A DNA stretch of 64,000 nt, from assembly GCA_033549025.1 (NCBI GenBank), contig JAWSUS010000002.1, positions 160,001 through 224,000 of the forward strand. Direction: 5' to 3'. This DNA is from Desulfuromonadales bacterium (GTDB taxonomy: Bacteria > Desulfobacterota > Desulfuromonadia > Desulfuromonadales > SZUA-540). Within the stretch, counting starts at the first letter, position 1. Each line of letters opens with the position of its first letter. Under the pieces are notes generated by a model, which did not search any database, was not told the DNA's origin, and saw nothing but the letters and a program-made list of their open reading frames with translations. The position numbers and the translations under genes were made by a program. This document shows, piece after piece, positions 58,599-64,000 of this stretch.

Positions 58599-59866
58599 TC
58601 CCGTTCCGCCCCGATGTGGAATTGATCGACGGCCTGCATCAGGGAATCCGCCAGGGCCGAGAGTTCCTGGGCCGCATGGGACATTTCCTCCATGGCGGCG
58701 GACTGTTCCTGGGTCACGGCGGACACCTCCTCGGTGGAGGCGGCGTTATCCGTCACGACCCGGGAAATCTCGTCGATGGTCCGCACGATGCTGCTGGCGC
58801 CTTCGGCCTGCTTCACCGCCAGCTCGGCAATGCTCGAAGCCTTGGTCTTGGTCTGAAGCGCCGTCTCGATAATCTCCTCAAAGGCGCTCCCCGTCACATC
58901 CACGGCTTCATGGCCGGCGGCCATCTCACGGATGGTCTCCTTCATGGCGCCCTGCACCTTTTCGCTTTCAGCCTGAATCCCTTCGACCAGCGAGGTGATC
59001 TCGCCGGCCGAGCGCGCCGTCGAGTCAGCCAGCTTGCTGATTTCCTGGGCTACCACCGCAAAGCCCCGCCCCGACTCGCCCGCCCGCGCCGCTTCGATGG
59101 AGGCGTTGAGGGCCAAAAGGTTGGTCTTTTCGGCAATGTTGGTGATCACCTCGACAATCTTTTCGATCTTCTGCAGCCGCAGGCCAAAAGAGAAGAGCTG
59201 ATCCCCGCCTTTTTCCACATCGCCCAGCACCTTCTTCATCCTCTCCATGGTCGAGCGGGCCGTCTGGCCGCCTTTTTGGGCCGTGGTCGCCGTTTCGGTG
59301 GCGGAGGAAGCGACCTTCTGGGCCGAAGCGGCGACCAGGTCGATGGACAGGGCTACCTCGCGGATCAGGCTTGAGGCCTTTTCCACCATCTCCGCCTGGG
59401 TCTCGGCGCCGCCGCTGATCTGCTCCACGGCGTTGGCGACCTCATGGGCCGAGGCCGTCATCTCCTCGGAAGTCGCCGTCAGTCCCTGGGCCGCATCGTT
59501 GACCTGCAGGGAGGTCGCCCGAATCTGCGTCACCAGTTGCCGCAGGCTTTCGCCCACCCGGTTCAGCGAGGCGGCCAAATCGGCTGTTTCATCTTCCAGG
59601 AAGCTCGGCGGTACCTTGACGGCCCGTGAAAAATCGCCCTGGCTGAAACGTTCAGCCCCCGCATTGAGCTGGCGGATATTGGTGCTGAAGGCCTTGGAGA
59701 AAAACCAGCCGATCACCAAGCCGACCAGCAGCGCGCAGACGGTGGTGAAAAGCTGCTGCCACTGGGGGTCGACCCCCAGGTAGGGGACGATATAGGGGAC
59801 AGCCACCGTTGAGGCAATGACGATGATGAACCCGATGACGAATTTGTAGGTGATCTCTACCCGCAT
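58595..59866 (-). CDS. Methyl-accepting chemotaxis protein with two TMs and almost no periplasmic domain (DifA-like)
   Basis: TM-short loop-TM, HAMP, signalling tip [26 protein letters not shown]. Confidence 0.92.
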   Translation of the reverse strand: MRVEITYKFVIGFIIVIASTVAVPYIVPYLGVDPQWQQLFTTVCALLVGLVIGWFFSKAFSTNIRQLNAGAERFSQGDFSRAVKVPPSFLEDETADLAASLNRVGESLRQLVTQIRATSLQVNDAAQGLTATSEEMTASAHEVANAVEQISGGAETQAEMVEKASSLIREVALSIDLVAASAQKVASSATETATTAQKGGQTARSTMERMKKVLGDVEKGGDQLFSFGLRLQKIEKIVEVITNIAEKTNLLALNASIEAARAGESGRGFAVVAQEISKLADSTARSAGEITSLVEGIQAESEKVQGAMKETIREMAAGHEAVDVTGSAFEEIIETALQTKTKASSIAELAVKQAEGASSIVRTIDEISRVVTDNAASTEEVSAVTQEQSAAMEEMSHAAQELSALADSLMQAVDQFHIGAERE

Positions 59867-59900
59867 CGATGCGCTCCTTTGCAAAGACTGACACTGTTCT

Positions 59901-60761
59901 TCATATCAAAGAGGCCTTGCGCCTGTAAATACGCTCGCTTAAACTTTCCGGTTCGAAGCAGTTCCGACTCTTTCCCAGCAGGGTCTCGGACTTTCCCAGC
60001 ACCAGCACCCCGCCGGGGGGCAGGCTGTCGGCAAAACGCAGGAGAATTTTCTCCTGCTCCTCACGGGAAAAGTAAATGAGGACGTTGCGGCACATGATCA
60101 GATCGACCTTGGGACAGGCGGAATCGGCCAGGATGTTGTGATGGCGGAAGGAAACCAGCCGCCGGAAAGGCTCGCGCAGACGGTACTGCCCCCCCGCCGG
60201 TTCGAAGCATTGCTCACGCAGGGCTGCGGGAACCTCCGCCAGGCGCTGGGCATCGAAGATTCCCTGACGCGCCCGCTCAAGAACCGCCTCACTGACGTCC
60301 GTGCCGAGAATCCGTGCCCTCATTCCTTCCTTCAGGAGTCCAGCCAGCAGGATGGCCAGCGAATAGGGCTCCTCGCCGCCGGCACACCCCACGCTCCACA
60401 GGCGCAGCTCCCGGCGCCCCGGCGCGGCAGGTGACGCCAGCAGATCGGGCAGCACCTTCTTTTCCAGCAGGACGAAGGTGCTGGGATTGCGGAAAAATTG
60501 TGACACATGAATGGTCAGGGCCGCCAGGAGGGTGTCCGCCTCTTCCGGTTGGCGGCGGAGCAGGTCGAGATAGGCCGCAGCGTTATCAAACCCCCGAGCC
60601 CGCACCCGGGTGGCGATGCGCCGCTTGATGCATTGATCCTTGTACATCTCCAGGTTGAAGCCCCGTGTTTCCCGTAGAAAATCCGTCAGCTCGGCAAATT
60701 CCCGCTCCGGGAACTCACTGCCGACAAAAGGCGTTTTCCGCTTGGAGAGGCCGTTTTCCAC
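59901..60761 (-). CDS. cheR: Chemotaxis protein-glutamate methyltransferase
   Basis: [35 protein letters not shown]. Confidence 0.93.
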   Translation of the reverse strand: MENGLSKRKTPFVGSEFPEREFAELTDFLRETRGFNLEMYKDQCIKRRIATRVRARGFDNAAAYLDLLRRQPEEADTLLAALTIHVSQFFRNPSTFVLLEKKVLPDLLASPAAPGRRELRLWSVGCAGGEEPYSLAILLAGLLKEGMRARILGTDVSEAVLERARQGIFDAQRLAEVPAALREQCFEPAGGQYRLREPFRRLVSFRHHNILADSACPKVDLIMCRNVLIYFSREEQEKILLRFADSLPPGGVLVLGKSETLLGKSRNCFEPESLSERIYRRKASLI

Positions 60762-60795
60762 AGAGATCCTTGCTTTGTCCCTCAGGCTGAAACCC

Positions 60796-61779
60796 TCAGG
60801 AAAAGTGATTATAGCCCTTGGGGCTGCCGGTCGTCATCTCGCCGGAGCCGTTTCGAATTCGGAGACCATCAGCGGCCAGGTCGATTTGCCCGATACGGGT
60901 CAGGTCCAGATTGAACTGGCGCGAAAGTTCGAGCAGACGGCCTTCCCGGCTGGCCGGCACCGTGAACAGCAGTTCGTAATCCTCGCCGCCGGCCAAAGCC
61001 AGTTCCAGCGAGGCCTGTCCCTGGGAGAGGGCCGCCTGAAAATCGGCGGAAAGGGGCAGAGCGGCCGCATCGATGCTGGCGCCGACTCGGGAGGCGGCCA
61101 GAATGTGGCCGAGATCGGCCAGCAAGCCGTCGGACAGGTCGATCATGGCCGAAGGGACGCCGGCAGCCGCCAGCGCCCGGCCCAGTTCGGCCCGGGCCCG
61201 CGGATCGTGATGACGCGCCGCCAGATGAGAAGAGAGGGGTTGCCCCTGTTGCAGAAGCTGCAGGGCGAGAGCGCTGTCGCCCAGGGTGCCGGAGACGTAG
61301 ACGGCATCGCCGGGACAGGCACCGCTGCGGCGGAGCATCTGCTCGGTCGGCACGTTCCCCTGCACCGTCACCGATACGATCAGGGGGCCGGGGGAGCGAC
61401 AGGTATCGCCGCCGATAAGTCGTACCCCGTAGTCGCGGGCTGCCGCCAGAAAACCGTCGACAAAGGCGTCGAGCTCTTCCACTCTCAGGGTCGGCGCCAC
61501 CGCCAGCCCCAGAAAAAGATACGCGGGATTGCCCCCCATGGCCGCCACATCGCTGACATTGACGGAGACGCTCTTGCGCCCCAGGCGGTAGAGGTCCGTC
61601 CAGTCCAGGCGGAAATGCACGCCTTCGATGAGCAGATCCTTGCTGGTAAGCAAAAGCTGACCGTCACGCACCTCGACGGCGGCGCAGTCATCCCCGATAG
61701 CCAGGTGCACCCCCGCCCCGCCGGCCCGCTGCCGGATCCGTTCGATGAAACCGAACTCACCGATCTCAGACAGTTTCAT
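60796..61779 (-). CDS. thiL: Thiamine-monophosphate kinase
   Basis: [45 protein letters not shown]. Confidence 0.95.
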   Translation of the reverse strand: MKLSEIGEFGFIERIRQRAGGAGVHLAIGDDCAAVEVRDGQLLLTSKDLLIEGVHFRLDWTDLYRLGRKSVSVNVSDVAAMGGNPAYLFLGLAVAPTLRVEELDAFVDGFLAAARDYGVRLIGGDTCRSPGPLIVSVTVQGNVPTEQMLRRSGACPGDAVYVSGTLGDSALALQLLQQGQPLSSHLAARHHDPRARAELGRALAAAGVPSAMIDLSDGLLADLGHILAASRVGASIDAAALPLSADFQAALSQGQASLELALAGGEDYELLFTVPASREGRLLELSRQFNLDLTRIGQIDLAADGLRIRNGSGEMTTGSPKGYNHFS

Positions 61780-64000
61780 GACGCCCTTCCAATGCCACCT
61801 TCAGCACATCGTCCATGGTCTCGGCCAGAACAAAGTCTACCTTTTTACGCAGATGGGGGGGAATATCCACCAGGTCCTTTTCATTGCGGCGGGGGATGAT
61901 CACCGTCTTGATGCCGGCCCGCACAGCCGCCAGGGCCTTTTCCTTCAGGCCGCCGATGGGCAGAACATGGCCACGCAGCGTCAGCTCACCGGTCATGGCC
62001 ACATCCTGCCGCACGGGAATTTCCGCCAGGGCCGAGATGATAGCCGTGGCCATGGTGATGCCGGCGCTGGGGCCATCCTTGGGAATGGCGCCGGCCGGCA
62101 CGTGGACGTGGATATCCTTCTTTTCGAGAAAATCCTCCGCGATGCCGAGGGCGGCGGCGCGGGTACGGGTGTAGGACAGGGCCGCCTGGGCGCTCTCCTT
62201 CATAACCTCGCCGAGTTGCCCGGTCAGGGACAGCTGCCCCTTCCCTTTCATGGTGCTGGCCTCGACACTGAGGATCTCCCCCCCGACCTGGGTCCAGGCC
62301 AGGCCGGTGGCCACGCCGATCTCGCTCTCCCCCCGCGTCTCCTCCGGCAGAAACCTGGGCGGTCCCAGAAAACGGCTGACGGTGCCGGCGGTGACCTTCA
62401 CCGACTTCTTGCGCCCCCCTTCGGCGAAGCGGCGGGCGATCTTGCGGCAGATACTGCCCAGTTCGCGCTCAAGGTTGCGCAGCCCCGCCTCGGCCGTGTA
62501 CTCAGCGATGACCTTCTGCAGAGCCTGCCGGGTAAATTCAGCGTCGCCCGGACGCAGACCATTGGCCTCCAGCTGGCGAGGCACCAGGTACTTCTCGGCG
62601 ATGAACAGCTTCTCCTCCAGGTCGTAGCCGGCCAGGCGGATGACCTCCATGCGGTCTTTGAGGGCCGAAGGGATAGGATCCATCACATTGGCGGTGGCGA
62701 TGAACATGACGTTGGAAAGGTCGAAGGGCAGATTGATGTAGTGATCGGAAAAAGCATGGTTCTGTTCGGGATCGAGCAGTTCCAGCAGAGCCGAGGAAGG
62801 GTCGCCCCGGAAATCGGCCCCGAGCTTGTCCAGCTCGTCGAGCATGAATACCGGATTGTTGGTGCCGGCCTGCTTGATTCCCTGAATGATGCGCCCGGGC
62901 AAGGCGCCGACGTAGGTGCGCCGATGACCACGGATTTCCGCCTCGTCGCGCACGCCCCCCAGGGAGATGCGCACGAACTGCCGGCCCAGGGCCCGGGCGA
63001 TGGACTTGCCCAGACTGGTCTTGCCGACGCCGGGAGGGCCGACAAAGCAGAGCACGGGTCCCTTCAGGTTCCGGTTGAGTTTGCGTACGGCCAAAAACTC
63101 CAGAATCCGGTCCTTGACCTTTTCCAGATCGTAATGGTCTTCGTCCAGAATCTTGCGGGCCCGCTTCAAATCGAGCTTGTCACGGGTGCCATGGCTCCAG
63201 GGCAGATCGGCGAGCCACTCCAGGTACGTCAGCAGCATGGAGTACTCGGCGGCTTCGGGATGCATGGTCTCCAGGCGGCGCAGCTGCTTTTCCGCTTCGG
63301 CCAGGGAGGCAGCCGGCAGACCCGCCTCGGCCAGGCGACTGCGCAGCTCGGCCACATCCTCCGAGCGCTGATCGTTCTCGCCGAGCTCGGCCTGGATGGC
63401 GCGCATCTGTTCCCGCAAATAATATTCCCGCTGCGACTTGCTGACCTCCTCCTTGACCTGGCTCTGGATGCGCTCCTGCATGGTCAGCAGTTCCACTTCC
63501 CGGTCGAGAAGGGATTTGACCTTCTCCAGCCGCTGGAGGGGATCGAGTATCTCCAGGGTCTCCTGGGTTTCGGCGACCTTCAGCCCGAGGTTGCTGACCA
63601 CGAGATCGGCGAGGTTGCCGGGATCATCCACATTTTCCAGCACCACCGGAATCTCGGGAGGCAGACTCTTACCCAGGCTCATGGCTCTGGTCAGAGAATC
63701 GCGCACCGCGCGCATCAGCGCCTCGATCTCCAAAACCACCTTGACCGTCGGTTCAGGCGTCCTTTCCACCTGGACCAGAAGGAAGGGATCATCCTGCAAA
63801 ATATCGAGAGTCCGGGCCCGGGAAACCCCCTGAACGAGCACCTTGACACGACCATCCGGCAGCTTGAGCATGCGCATGATCATGGCCACCGTCCCTACGC
63901 CGTAAATATCCTCAACCGCCGGGTCCTCGGCCTCGTCGTCCTTCTGCGTCGCCAGAAAAATCAGGCGGTCACGGGCAAGGGCGGCGTCCACCGCCGCTAT
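61766..64000 (-). CDS. lon: ATP-dependent Lon protease (5' end outside the window)
   Basis: Walker [25 protein letters not shown], catalytic KDGPSAG and IGGLKEK. The frame is open to the window edge. Confidence 0.97.
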   Translation of the reverse strand: MAAVDAALARDRLIFLATQKDDEAEDPAVEDIYGVGTVAMIMRMLKLPDGRVKVLVQGVSRARTLDILQDDPFLLVQVERTPEPTVKVVLEIEALMRAVRDSLTRAMSLGKSLPPEIPVVLENVDDPGNLADLVVSNLGLKVAETQETLEILDPLQRLEKVKSLLDREVELLTMQERIQSQVKEEVSKSQREYYLREQMRAIQAELGENDQRSEDVAELRSRLAEAGLPAASLAEAEKQLRRLETMHPEAAEYSMLLTYLEWLADLPWSHGTRDKLDLKRARKILDEDHYDLEKVKDRILEFLAVRKLNRNLKGPVLCFVGPPGVGKTSLGKSIARALGRQFVRISLGGVRDEAEIRGHRRTYVGALPGRIIQGIKQAGTNNPVFMLDELDKLGADFRGDPSSALLELLDPEQNHAFSDHYINLPFDLSNVMFIATANVMDPIPSALKDRMEVIRLAGYDLEEKLFIAEKYLVPRQLEANGLRPGDAEFTRQALQKVIAEYTAEAGLRNLERELGSICRKIARRFAEGGRKKSVKVTAGTVSRFLGPPRFLPEETRGESEIGVATGLAWTQVGGEILSVEASTMKGKGQLSLTGQLGEVMKESAQAALSYTRTRAAALGIAEDFLEKKDIHVHVPAGAIPKDGPSAGITMATAIISALAEIPVRQDVAMTGELTLRGHVLPIGGLKEKALAAVRAGIKTVIIPRRNEKDLVDIPPHLRKKVDFVLAETMDDVLKVALEGRHETV

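Overview
A GC-rich bacterial chromosomal window, mostly core genome. The gene content and order point to a Desulfuromonadales/Geobacterales-type deltaproteobacterium (inference). The + strand arm carries a partial radical SAM/TIGR03936 fusion, rng, rplU-rpmA, obgE-proB-proA-nadD-rsfS-rlmH, a DksA/TraR protein, a LapA-LapB-like fusion, gpmI, comF, a PAS histidine kinase, a beta-carbonic anhydrase, ilvE, a three-gene split glutamate synthase behind a sigma54-type promoter, a REC-PAS-GGDEF-EAL protein, ttcA and a PilZ protein. The - strand carries gatCAB-mtnA-glnE, envelope and redox genes, clsB, a DUF815 ATPase, glgP, a DUF445 protein, a nucleotidyltransferase, rimO, yajQ, lolA, a Dif-like chemosensory cluster (cheR-mcp-cheW-cheY-cheA-cheC-cheD), thiL and a partial lon. 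I found no tRNA, rRNA, CRISPR array, transposase or prophage gene. The most unusual element is a ~1,890-aa surface protein (39866-45526). It combines a signal peptide, an OmpA-type peptidoglycan-binding domain, an inverse-autotransporter (type Ve) beta-barrel and a beta-helix-like passenger with 99-aa (297-bp) tandem repeats, and it sits behind a sigma28-like promoter. All family calls come from recognising motifs by eye; no database search was run.
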